A DNA stretch of 50,100 bases, counting the filler, from Sphacelaria rigidula (lineage: Eukaryota), in the NCBI GenBank assembly GCA_964200075.2. It is 3 parts of 3 records of this genome, joined end to end, with 100 filler letters (N's around TTAATTAATTAA, not from the genome) between each part and the next. Parts side by side here need not be neighbours in the genome. Positions count along the whole stretch, not along the records: positions 16,741 to 33,377 come from CAXNAA020001295.1; 2 more parts are not named here. One strand, written 5' to 3'. A program made the position numbers and the translations under genes. Below, piece by piece: positions 22,176 through 33,477 of the stretch (positions are counted from its first letter, which is position 1; each line of letters starts with the position of its first letter). A model generated the notes under the pieces. That model made no database searches. It saw only the letters and a list, made by a program, of their open reading frames with translations, and was not told where the DNA came from.

Positions 22176-24161
22176 TATATGGTTTGAGTTGTTCACAGTT
22201 TTCACGCAAAACTATTAGCCCGAGGCGTGTTTTTAAGTCCTGCACAAAAATGTGCCCAAGCACAGCACGGAACTCATCGTGTAGAAACTAGAGGTGTGGT
22301 GCCGATTTTTGTTTGTATAGACTTCAGGCACGCAAGCGCTAATTTTGTCTTGTGTGCACAAAGTTGAACACACTTGACCCGTTGCTCGCCCTCATTGGAC
22401 AAAACCAATCAACCGCACCCCGGTGACGTTTTTGGTGCGCGCATGACGTGTGCTGGTGGATTCTCCCATGTTCACATGTTAATGCGCGACAATGAACCCT
22501 TTTGGAACCCATTGACGAGTTTTGTTTTTGTGAAATGGCATATGATTTTCAGTCATTTTCAAGTCAAAATTATGCCGATTCACGAAAACAAAAAGCGTCC
22601 ATGGGCTCCAAAAGGATCAATCCACCAATAGGTGAACCAATCGTCATTTACTCATTTATTCAATCAATCAACCACCGAATCAAATCAATCAACCAACTAA
22701 GTACACGGAACGGGCACTCCAGTATAGTACAGTAGTGTACCCTGTTCACGTGGTTATGAAGAAATGTGTTGATTTTTTGTCATCCTGCTTCTGTTCTCCT
22801 CTGCCCCGCGTTCCGTTACCGCTGGATATCCCATATTAAAATCAGGGGCAATGATCTGGGTCTCGCGGTAATTCCCTTCGACTGGAGCAGCCGCCAAATG
22901 TGGGAGGACTACGCGCTATCTTACGCATGAGAAATTATAACCATTTTATTTTGTTTTTGAAAAGCAAGAAAACAACAGTATTTATGTATGCTTGTAGACA
23001 TACGTACATATATACGTACATCACCTACCTACATACCTACATATATAGAGGGGCATGTAGGTGGGCGCTATTTTTTCTTCCTGTGCTTACCAGAGCGATT
23101 GATTTCGTTTTATTGGGCCATGTCCATCGTTTTTACCGCTTGAAAGTTTCGGTTATAGGTGATGGATGAGTGCGCAAAAGAAGTGACATCTATCTTTTTG
23201 TTCCTCACTTTTTCTCTGCCAGAGTGAAATTGAAATGTACGGGAGTGATTGTCTGCCGTCTCAAGATTGCCCGTAGGCGAGCCGGGCTGGTATCATACGG
23301 ACGTGGTGTATTGGTTGGTTCCATGAATATGTGCTTCAACTATTCGTTCCCTGTTGTAATGTGTAAGATGGCCGCGTTTCTGCTGTATGTATGGACGCGT
23401 GCGCCAACGCGTAGTTTGAGTTCTGCGGGTGAGATCCTGAACCGGCGTGACTGTCGTGTCTGTAAATTGATGACACCCTAGAGGATATGTGGTCGAGAGT
23501 TGCAATAGCAAAAATAAAATGTGCATTTCGTGAAGTATTACCTGTTGCACCTGCCACACAAAAATCGTTTCTCTCTCTCTCTCTCTCTCTCTCTTCATTT
23601 TTTTTCAAGAGGTGTCATGTCTGTCTGTTCGCTTGCCGAGTGGAGGGCGTTCGCGGCTCTCTCCTCCTTGACACTCCCCAGATCGTTGTATGATATAGCG
23701 AGGACGACAGCAGTAGAATGTCTTTGGCGGGCGTGTGTTTGTTCATCATCTAGTATACTGTTGTAACCATAGTTTTATGGAGCATGACAATACCGGTGTA
23801 TGTAAACAAATTGTGGACGAACGAAACAAGTGTTCGACTACGGCATATACATGATGGTCCCTCAGACCGTTTCTCATGTTTTCTTATTTTTTATTTGGAA
23901 TTTTCAGTGTTGGGACATTCGATCCAGTTTTCCGGCCCCCAAGCAGCGGATATCGCCATCATGAGTCTTGGACACTTTGCGTTACCCCACCGAGAAGAGT
24001 CTAGCCCACTTTTTCAATTCGCTTGGCTCCGAGTTTTGGAGAATGACCTCGAAACAAAAATCCAACCGGACACGAAATAATGTGAGCACGACATGGAAAT
24101 ATTGAAAAATCACCACAAACAACGTTTTCGTGAGATGGAGAGTAGCGCGCTGACTGAGATG

Positions 24162-24530
24162 AGTGTGTGTGTGTCGTACCATCTATTCTGGACGCCGGTC
24201 TTCACCGTCCGATTCATGTGGGCGTACCGGTCGGGATCACACAGGAGGAAAGTCCACACATGAGTTTTTTCTTTTTTTCTTTATTATTTGTTTTTTAGTA
24301 TTCCATCTTCCTTCTGCAGTTCTTGCCTTTTATTCTTGATCGCGAGAGGGGTTCAGCAGTTTTTTTTCCCTCGTCGACAGTCAAGTCGAATTTTGTGTAC
24401 CCGCGACGTCGTCGCTCTCCACTGTTGAGCAAGGTGCGAGAAAAAAATCCCAGGTTGCTCTAAGATTTGAACCCACGACCCAGCTATTGGATGGTCTCAA
24501 GGTTACCAACTGAGCCACCGGGCCGACCGG
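24162..24530 (-). mobile_element. tRNA-derived SINE inserted in MITE family A
   Basis: Same head, body and (CA)n tail as 9891-10250. Confidence 0.85.
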
Positions 24531-24590
24531 TCTCATAATGAACTGAATCATTCGCCCTTTAACTCAGCCAATTTTTCATTCCGTGTGTGC

Positions 24591-24665
24591 TGTGACGGTT
24601 TAGACTACTGACCAGTCAGCGCTGACTGGTCAGTAGTCTAATTGGTTGTCTCTTAAACCGTCACA
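24591..24665. mobile_element. TGT...ACA hairpin element with 4-bp TSD (GTGC)
   Basis: GTGC|TGTGACGGTTTA...TAAACCGTCACA|GTGC; the empty site is visible in the MITE-A copy at ~48500 (TTCCGTGTGTGCTTTT). Confidence 0.85.
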
Positions 24666-25416
24666 GTGCTTTCCTTCGCCTCTATCACTGACGACGTGTG
24701 TTTACAGCTACACGTCGATATCCTACTCAAGGATATCAAGGGCCTGAGTGGCAAGCTACGACGGAAAGCATATCGGGCCTCGTGGGGGGGCGTTTCGGAA
24801 CTGAAACGATCCATGAAATAATTGATCGCTCTTCACTGTCAATTGTACCCTCTACTCTCAATCTCACGAAATGATTGCTTACAGAAACCTGCCTGTGGAC
24901 ACCGTTTTTTTCATGTCCAGTTGGATTCGTGTTCAGAAGACATTCTCGAAACCTCGGAGCCGAGCGAAACGGGAAAGTGGGCCAGGCTCCTCTCGGTGGG
25001 GTGATAAAGAGTGTCCCAGGCATATTATGTGATGGTGATATTCCCTGTTTGGGGGCCTAGAGTGGAATCAGTGTCCCAAAACAAAAAAATCCACACACTC
25101 TGGACGGTATAATGCACGGTCAAAAGGTGTACTGCGTACAGTACCGACTATTGCGCCTACTATTGCAACAGGCAATAGATTCTATACAGTACGCAGCATA
25201 TTTTTTTGACAATTGAATCTGTGCGCAGGGTGTCGAAAAATCCGAAAACGAAAAAACAGTGGATCCTGAAAAAGGAGTCGATCTCAAAAATGAGGTTCAA
25301 GTGGCATATTGTTTTTTCGGAGATGACGCGAACCAGTAACATGGAGCGAAATCATCTTTCGCCCCAAAACTCTACAGCAGTAAATCATCAGTTGTGGCTA
25401 AATGCATCGAACGACT

Positions 25417-25790
25417 GCGGTGTACACGCGTGTCGATGACGATACCACCAGAGAGAGAAGCAACGACAGAGAGGAAGCTCCTCGCCCGTGTCCTTTGGGT
25501 CCCCTCGCTGGGCGATTACCAATCGCTCGAGAGACTGGCATCATCGATGTTACTAGCATGTGCACAATTTTCCATGTGCCAGGACAACAACGAGCTGCGG
25601 AGAGATTTCGTCTCTTCTTGGCTGTCGACCTGACCAATGCGAATATCGATTTCTCTCTGCCTCTCTTTTTGGACAGGACGCGCCTCTGTGCGTTGAAAAA
25701 TAGGGCAATGTTCCCGTCACCGCTACAACTAACTGTTGTTCTCTGTCACCCACATGCCAGCAAGGACGGTGCGCTGCGGCAAAAATAACA
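25417..25790 (+). repeat. ~370-bp dispersed repeat
   Basis: Inverted homolog at ~49295-49692 (GGTGTACACGCGTGTC ... CCCGTCACCGCTAC). Confidence 0.8.
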
Positions 25791-26425
25791 TATCAACCAA
25801 TTTGAATTTGTGGGGTGCTATTCATTGTTGATATATTGTACCCGACATGACATATCTGACCATCATGGCGCCCGACCACAAGAGCCTGCCACAGCCAGTT
25901 GGTGTGTGTGTGTCTTTTGTTGCTCTACTCTACTGACTCACGTCTGCAGAGAGTCTGCCGAAAGGTCACACGCGGTAACAACATGTTACGATGTACCCAA
26001 ATTCGGAGCAGCAGCTGTGGAAACAAAACAGTTCGGTTTTCGAAACCACATCCACATAATTGAAATGGCTCTTGTTACCCGAGGGAAAGTGTCCGCTTTG
26101 GGTCCGGGCAAACGCTCGAAGATATGGTCGAACAGCACTACCAAACTTTGCTGGCATTGATATCCACCAATCAGTCCAGTACCGAACACAAGTCGCCAGT
26201 TTGACGTCCTCATTAGGAAGCAACGGGCATAAGACTGTGTGCAGGTAGGAAAATGGGGATTTTCATACATGAGAAACTTTGTGTTCCTCCGTAGGCGTTA
26301 CATGCACTACCAAAAACTCTGTCGCCCTTCTTGCATACCTGCTTGGGGGGTAAAAAGTGGATCAAACATCCCAGAAGTGAACAATCCGTGGGCCAAAAAT
26401 CTGTGTGCCATAACATCAGGCACAA

Positions 26426-27353
26426 GGCCGCTTCTCTTGACAAACAACAAAAATATGGAAAAACTGCATTTCAGGAGCTTTTGCGTCGTTTTGCACCCTA
26501 AGAGAGGGCTAGATGGACTTTGACACCTAGAATAATGCATTGCTGTACTCGTTGAGAGCCAGTTCCAGCACAACACCTGTGCGTTCTCCTGGTTGCTGCA
26601 GTTTTCTTCTCGGTCAAACTTGCATTTCTGTCGGAGATCAGTTGGGTCCAGAGAAACGGCCGAAGTTATTCTGGACTTGACTGATCTCCGAGAAAAAATG
26701 AGCGGTGTCCGAGAAAAATGCAAGTTTGGTCAAAAACAAAGTAACACTGGATTTTACAAACTGGGGATGGATTTTTTATTGAGGATGAGAACCCGGAGAA
26801 TTAAAGTCTTCGTCGTATCCTCACCAAATCTTCGAAATATAGTTCCACACCTTCACCTACTGGTATCTATTGACAACTACTCCACGCCATATAAATTTGA
26901 ATCCTGGTAACCGTCATGTTGGGAACCTAGGTGAAGAAACAATTTAGGGGAATTTGGATGATGCGATCAGATCGCCGAAATTCCCCAAACTTATTTTTTT
27001 ACCTAGAACCCTAACATTTCGGCTGTCGAAATCCAAACTTTTGTGTGTAGTAGTTGTCAATAGCTATCAGCAAGTGAAGAAATGGAACCATATTTCGAAG
27101 ATTTGGAGTGGATACAAAGATTTCAATTCTCCGGGTTTCTCATCCTCAAAATCCCCAATTTGTAAAATCCCGTGTTAAATGCGGCCACCGGAAAAATGCA
27201 CGGGTGTGCTGGAACTGTCTCAACGAGCACAGCAAAAATTTTTCAAGGTGTCAGAGTCCGCCTGGCTCTCTTTTAGGGCCTGAAACGACGCAGAAGCTCC
27301 AAAAAGGTCGTTTGCCAGTTTTTTTGTTTGTCTGTTCGCCATGAGAAGCGGCC
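26426..27353. mobile_element. ~930-bp composite foldback element
   Basis: GGCCGCTTCTC...GAGAAGCGGCC outer arms resemble 4319-4781; the inner palindrome (26750-27175) resembles family C. Confidence 0.75.
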
Positions 27354-29179
27354 CGACATCTTCTATTTTTTGTCCCACCCCAAGGGTCTGCTGCTCTCGG
27401 GGAGGAAATATCTGGACATGTAGGTCCCAAGATCGAAAGTTTGAGTTTTCGAGATGGCGGGGGAAACCCAGCCTGTTCTCCGCAAGTTTACAGCCGAGGT
27501 GTTGGCGGATGCATTCAGCTGGTGGTGTGTATACAGATCCTTGTCATGGAGACCGCCGAGATGGCGCACACGCCACCCCCCGCAAGCTCGTCTTCCATCT
27601 TCACAGCTCCCTCTAGTAGCGAAGGCCCCGATGGATATTATGGATGGAGCATCCGCTGCCCCACTCGTCGGCAAGGCGTGAGATAATATTGCTGCAAGCT
27701 GGGCCAGCTTAGAAGCGGCTAAAAGTTACTCACACCACAGCGCCCCCAGTTTCCCGAACGAACCCTATGCAACCATATCACTGTGAAGTGCAGACCAATC
27801 CGGTAACACACGGCACCACCGCTGAATGAAGAAAAAAAATGAAAAACGATGTACTGCATACTATATGATCTTAACGACGGACGAAAAAAAGATAATCTGT
27901 CGGGATTCGTACTCATGACCTTGATAATAATTGGAGTCTCCCGTCACTTGAATTAGCTCCAGGGGTGCAGCAGCGTCACGCAAAGCTTTTCACGCACGGC
28001 CCAATTCGACGACTTTTGAGCTGACATTTCCTGAAGACCCTCTGCACCCAAGGAAATGATACATACCGTGACCAGCTGCAGATTCTCATTTTCCCCCTGG
28101 ACTTATGACATTATCTTGTTTTCGCTGAAGTTTCAAATCTTCATCACTTCCTTCTTTTTTTTTCTTTGCTGCTCACGGGATGTTCTTCATGTCGATCATA
28201 AAATCTGCTGTCAAAATTTCAGCGTTCAACTCCTAATATCACGCCGTGCGTCGCCCGAGCGAGAAAACCACCCATTGTTGGCTGGTCCAGCTCGTACTTT
28301 GGCTGCTACAGGCTGTCACTACCGTGCGCTCGTGCGCATACATTTGGCATCCAAGGCCATCAGGACAGAGCGGGCAAAGAGCAGAAGCAATATACGGACG
28401 TCGCAAAGCCACGAGAGTTTCCGTTTCTTGTCACTATTTTTTTTAATATATTCTTCAACAATGATTAACAGAAAAGACCACAAAAAATCACGACAAAATT
28501 CGAAACATTGCCCAACAGGAGGGGGGGGTGGCTACGTCTCCAGAAACTTTCTCCCGGCAGACCCTTACCCATCCACCAAAAAATTGATCATCCAATTGGC
28601 GTGAGCAGCAGAGGCTGGTCATGAAGTTTGGCAGCTTGCAGTTATGAAGTAGGGGAAAACTGTCCGGCCAGTTTTTTTATCGGTCTGCAAGAGTCGGCGG
28701 AGGAATCTGATTGATCAAACTTCAGTATCTCGATCGATGGATGATATCATCCTTAGACATGATGTCATCTTCAGGGGGAGGGGCGCTTGACCAAGGATGT
28801 CGTCACTCGGGGGAGGTTTATGACTTGAAATTCAGGTTTTGTAGACCTCGAGAAAATTTCTGGGACCGCTTTTTCCCAGTTGCTTGGCCGCAGGAACAAG
28901 AAGCACAGTACCCACCCATACGCATGAGACATGATATACTTTTCCAAGAGTCAGACGAATGATGATAAGTCCACACCTTCAACAATAATATATGATCAAT
29001 AGTTGCAATAGACAAGAAATGCACTGCGTAGAGTAGAGCTATTTTGCGACTATCGTCGGCAATACGTTGTCCAAGGTGTGGATTTGTCTGAAGATTATTT
29101 GCTTTCAAGGGTACTTGATTCGTGCCGTACGAATCAAGCCTTGGGCTTCGTGTTCAGTGTTGCATCCATCCTATACCAA

Positions 29180-29215
29180 AAAGTGTAGACTGGCGTCCAG
29201 AATAGATGGAATGGC

Positions 29216-29272
<57 letters not shown>

Positions 29273-29285
29273 CAGCACACGCACC
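29180..29285 (+). repeat. SINE 3' end with expanded (CA)n microsatellite tail
   Basis: GTGTAGACTGGCGTCCAGAATAGATGGAATGGCAA then (CA)n; matches the SINE 3' end at ~45140-45175. Confidence 0.8.
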
Positions 29286-30121
29286 GCACGTACGGGCACC
29301 CGAGGCACGTGGAATGGCGCGAAAATTGCAAAGATACATTCTTGATCCGCGATCAACTTCTTCCTCTCTTTCGAGAGCAATCATGCCACAGAAGAAATAA
29401 TAGATTTGGGTGGTTCGAACCGGCGACGAATCATGCGATCCTTGCACTTTCATCAACCGCCACGACATAGAGACGGGCAACACGGTTCCAATACACGAAG
29501 TGACCGAAGAAACCAAGCGCCTGAAGACGTGATTTACAGTTGTTCGCAGCAAACCATACGTGATCACACACATGAAGCGGACAGGCAGACCCGTTCTTTT
29601 CAAAACGACGAAGAGACACGTACGTCAGGAACGAAACGGAGGAAAACATAGCAGGACAGTCAGTACTACTATACCCCTCACACGAAACGAGAGACGCACA
29701 TACAACAGCTGTCCTAAAAAAGACAAGAGCTACATACAGCACTACAATAGATTGATACCACTTTCAGAGCGAAACGAAGGCGACGCTTATATACTGTAGG
29801 TTGCACTTTGTAGTCTTTTTCGTGAAACACACCGAAACATCGCGTAGATACGAAGAAAACGAGCACTCATCCCCAAAATCACTACAACAGTACAGCACAG
29901 TACTACACCCCACTCGGTTTGCACATACGACGGACGCCACAGGCCGCGAGGAACTTCTAGTCGTATCTAAGCGGCCAATCGGATTCCCCCTACTCGTACC
30001 CGAAAGCAACGAAACATTAATCAACATCATCGAGACTGCACCAACTAGCATCTCTCTCGACCGGCTTCTCCTCCACCATCCCCACCCCGCTACCCTTTCC
30101 TACACCGCTCCGTGACCGTAC

Positions 30122-31414
30122 ATCAACACCCCCCGCTCGCCCACCACCTCCCACGAGATCCACCGCTGGGTTTCCAGCGGGAGGAGCAGGGATGTTCGCG
30201 GGTGGCGGGGGCGGGTTTAATTCTACGACCTTAGCGCCCTCCCTCTTGTCCGCGCACTTCGAATCGGCCGCATGGAACACGCGATCAGAGGGTTCCCGGG
30301 TTGAAGCCGGAGGTGCTGGCAGGTTAGTGTTGTTGAGGGGTTCGGGGTTGGGGTCGCGGGTACGTTTCGGGGACGAGCTGCCCGCGTTTCGACTCCTGCG
30401 AGCGCTGAGTTCGTTTTTTCTTTGCGGTGATACGGTGTCTGCTGAAGCCCCCGTTCTCTTAGTGGAGGTGACCTGTGCGTTCATGTCGTGGTGGAATGTG
30501 TGACGTTGGTGATCCGCGGGTGAAGTGATGAGGAAAGGGGGAGGAGTAGTACTCAGGGGGAAGTGTTTCGTGCTTCCCAAAGGCTGAACAAAGCTGCTGA
30601 AAATACTGAACCTAGATTCACGACGCTCGTCGTCATGTCGGTCGTGGATTGAGGTTTGCATCATTGGCCTTCTTTCATTTAGTTTTGATTAGATTGTCGC
30701 ACATTTACCGGTCCTGCAGGGATCCGGCCATTGTCACATGATGGACGTACCCGAGACAAAACAATAACTGAAACACCCTGCGTCCTCGATATGACTAGGT
30801 CGCGGGAGGATGCGGGGCAACTGACAAATCACAGGCAATGAGGAGGACTATCTTGTAGAAGAGGGGGACACGTTAGCACAGGCAGGAAAAGAGCACAGTG
30901 CACTCTTCATGTGTTCGGTCGGGCACACGATGCAGCTGCAGAAACAGGTTACCCCGAATGCGAAATTTCGAACGACTGTCACGTGAATGCGTGCCGCGGT
31001 ACACACGACGTAACGAGTCGAGTCATTCCCGATGGCCAAGTGGCTGAGGCCACCTTCTATGGAAACAAATAAACAAGCAAGCAAACGAAATGGTCGAAAG
31101 AGCGTATTTTGGTCCCATATCATCATTCTCCGCGTGAAAAGACGGCCAGGTGGATAAACGCCACCTCGAAGTACACTTCATCCGCATACACACCCGCCCG
31201 CGCGGGTTTTAGGGTATTTAATCGTAGAATATGAAATGCTCACCTCCGAAATGTGGTTACTCTTACTGTCGTCCACAGCCAAACCACCGTGCCGCGGTCC
31301 AACCATGCCTCGAATGGAGACGGCCTGATGCGACGTTTCTGGTGGCGTTCCGACCGAGTCTGACGCTCTGATCTTCGCTGCCGCCCCCGCAGTGGCCGCC
31401 GCTGTTGCCTCTTG
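30122..31414 (-). CDS. Two candidate phase-0 exons (31414-31244, 30472-30122) of an unknown low-complexity protein; possibly part of a decayed multi-exon gene spanning ~27900-36300
   Basis: TTATAG|QEATAAATAG...KSNHISE|GTGAGC (57 codons) and GCACAG|VTSTKRTG...GGRAGGVD|GTACGG (117 codons); both open with canonical splice sites; no family recognised. Confidence 0.5.
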
Positions 31415-31969
31415 CTATAAGAACGAGTGCGAAGTAACCATTTGATTTCAGCCGGGGGGGGGGGGGGGGGGGGGGAAAGGGTAGAGCAGGGTATTCATTG
31501 ATTTGATTAATAGATTAATTGATTGACATGCTTTGGAATAAGAGCGGGGACTCCGGTAGGCAGGTTAAAATAACAATCGCGCATGGTGAATCAACGGTCA
31601 CGATATGAGGAAGGGGGGAACGGAGCAATGCGATGACACTTTGATGTCTTTCGTCTGAATTCTGTGACTGCGAGTTGTCTATGTCAGTCGATATCTGCCA
31701 GTGCAAAGATTTTTGTCATTGCCTTCATGTCAGGTGTGGGTTACGTTTCTCCGCATAAGAATTCCGACAGCTTTGCATTCAAGGGCTTTGATTGAACCAG
31801 GTTGCGTTGTTTTGTACTCTTCTGGTCGTGCGCAGAAATGTAATTTTAGTCGCAAGGAGTGTGTACACATGCAACACATGCAGCGGCTTGCCTGTTGTTG
31901 CCTTTCCGTAACAACGCTGGGAAACTCATTTATCTCACCATCATGATGCAGACGAGCGCTCTCGACCAG

Positions 31970-32300
31970 GGGGGGGGGAGGGGGCGTACTCATTCGTTGC
32001 TTGCCTTAGCCATTGGACGATCGACCACGCGTCTCTTTCGAGACGGAGAACCGCTCCTGCTCCTAATAGAGACACCTCCAACAGTTGGGCGCTCATTATT
32101 TGTTTCCCGTACATTACACAAGAACCTCTTATTCATCTTATCCCTTTCCTGTTTCGCTGTCTGTGGCCACCATCTACTTCCTAGTGTAGCGATAGTTTTC
32201 TCGCTACTATTTACCTATCGTGCCAAACAATGTCATGCCACCTTCGTTTGCTGCCCACATTTCCCCCTCTATAAGGTCTCGTTCCTTGTATACTTCACGC
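31970..32300 (-). mobile_element. LINE 3' end copy with C-rich tail
   Basis: Reverse-complement homolog of 17870-18210. Confidence 0.7.
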
Positions 32301-32321
32301 CAAGCAAGAGACGATAACAAA

Positions 32322-32760
32322 CAGCCGATAATCGAAATTGAGGACGAAGCTTTTCATTGAGAATGAGAACCCGGAGGATTAAAAACTTCGTATCCACACC
32401 AAATATTCGAAATACGGTGTCATTCCTTCACCTTTTGGTAGCAATTGAAAAGTACTACACGTCATACATATTCGGAGTTCGATAACCGAAATGTTGGGGT
32501 CCTAGGTGAAAAACCAATTTCGGGGAATTTCGGCGATTCGATCGGATCACTTCAATTTCCCGAAACTGTTTCTTTATCTAGGACCTGATATTCCGGTTAT
32601 CGAAATCAAAGTTTGCAGGGCGATAAGCAGTTGTCAATAGCTATCGGTAGGTGAAGGAATGGAACTATATTCCGAAGATTTGGTGTGGATACAAAGATTT
32701 TAATCGTCCGGGTTCTCATCCTCAAAGAAAAGCTCCATCCTCAATTTCGATGATCGGCTG
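32322..32760. mobile_element. Foldback MITE family C copy
   Basis: CAGCCGATaATCGAAATTGAGGA...TCCTCAATTTCGATGATCGGCTG. Confidence 0.85.
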
Positions 32761-33377
32761 GTAACACTGATTTCATCCTCTCACGTTGATCATTTAGAGA
32801 CCGGACCTCAGAACAACCCAGCAGCTTGTGAGAAGTTGAACGTTCTGGTTTGTGAATTCCCAGTATCTAGTCGCTGGGTATCAAGGTGGGGGAACCGCTG
32901 AGGAAAACATAATGTAAGTATGTATGTATGTATGTATGTATGTACGTATGCATGCATGCTAGAAAACTGGGCCTATCAGATCCCGAAGCGCCATGATTCT
33001 GCACTTTTTTGATTGCCGATGGACAACGGATGTAGAAATCTGCCGTGCAAATGCCGTTCATCAGAAATAAGCTTGAACTACTCCTCTGGACCGAATCATG
33101 TGACGATTGGGCAACACGTGCACGTACAGGAATTTGAAGAACCGAAACAGGAAAACATACGCCCCATTCGTACTATTGCTACCACACAGCCATCTCTTGA
33201 GAGCATGCCTACTGACCCAACAATAACCGAGTACGGTGTCTTGATCTTTGCCGCCGGTGGGGAGAAACTCAGGAGGCGCGTGCGCACGCGGGGGGGGGGG
33301 GGGGGGGATTAATTTTTTGTTTTCTTTTTTCTTTTGACCCTTCACCCGCCATCCCTTTGGAAAGGGGGCACCCTTTC

Positions 33378-33477
33378 NNNNNNNNNNNNNNNNNNNNNNN
33401 NNNNNNNNNNNNNNNNNNNNNTTAATTAATTAANNNNNNNNNNNNNNNNNNNNNNNNNNNNNNNNNNNNNNNNNNNN
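33378..33477. other. Assembly gap with TTAATTAATTAA linker
   Basis: N run with central linker. Confidence 0.97.

Larger units (their letters stand above)
23885..25095. mobile_element. Foldback element whose centre is interrupted by nested insertions
   Basis: Arm ~23885-24080 (ACCCCACCGAGAAGAGTCTAGCCCACTTT...GGCTCCGAG) is the reverse complement of ~24905-25095 (CTCGGAGCC...AAAGTGGGCCAGGCTCCTCTCGGTGGGGT). Confidence 0.75.

Noticed and set aside
32314-32768. 8-bp hAT-type TSD for foldback family C
   Set aside because: Only 5/8 match here (ATAACAAA/GTAACACT) and no match at 21767-22175; superfamily left unassigned
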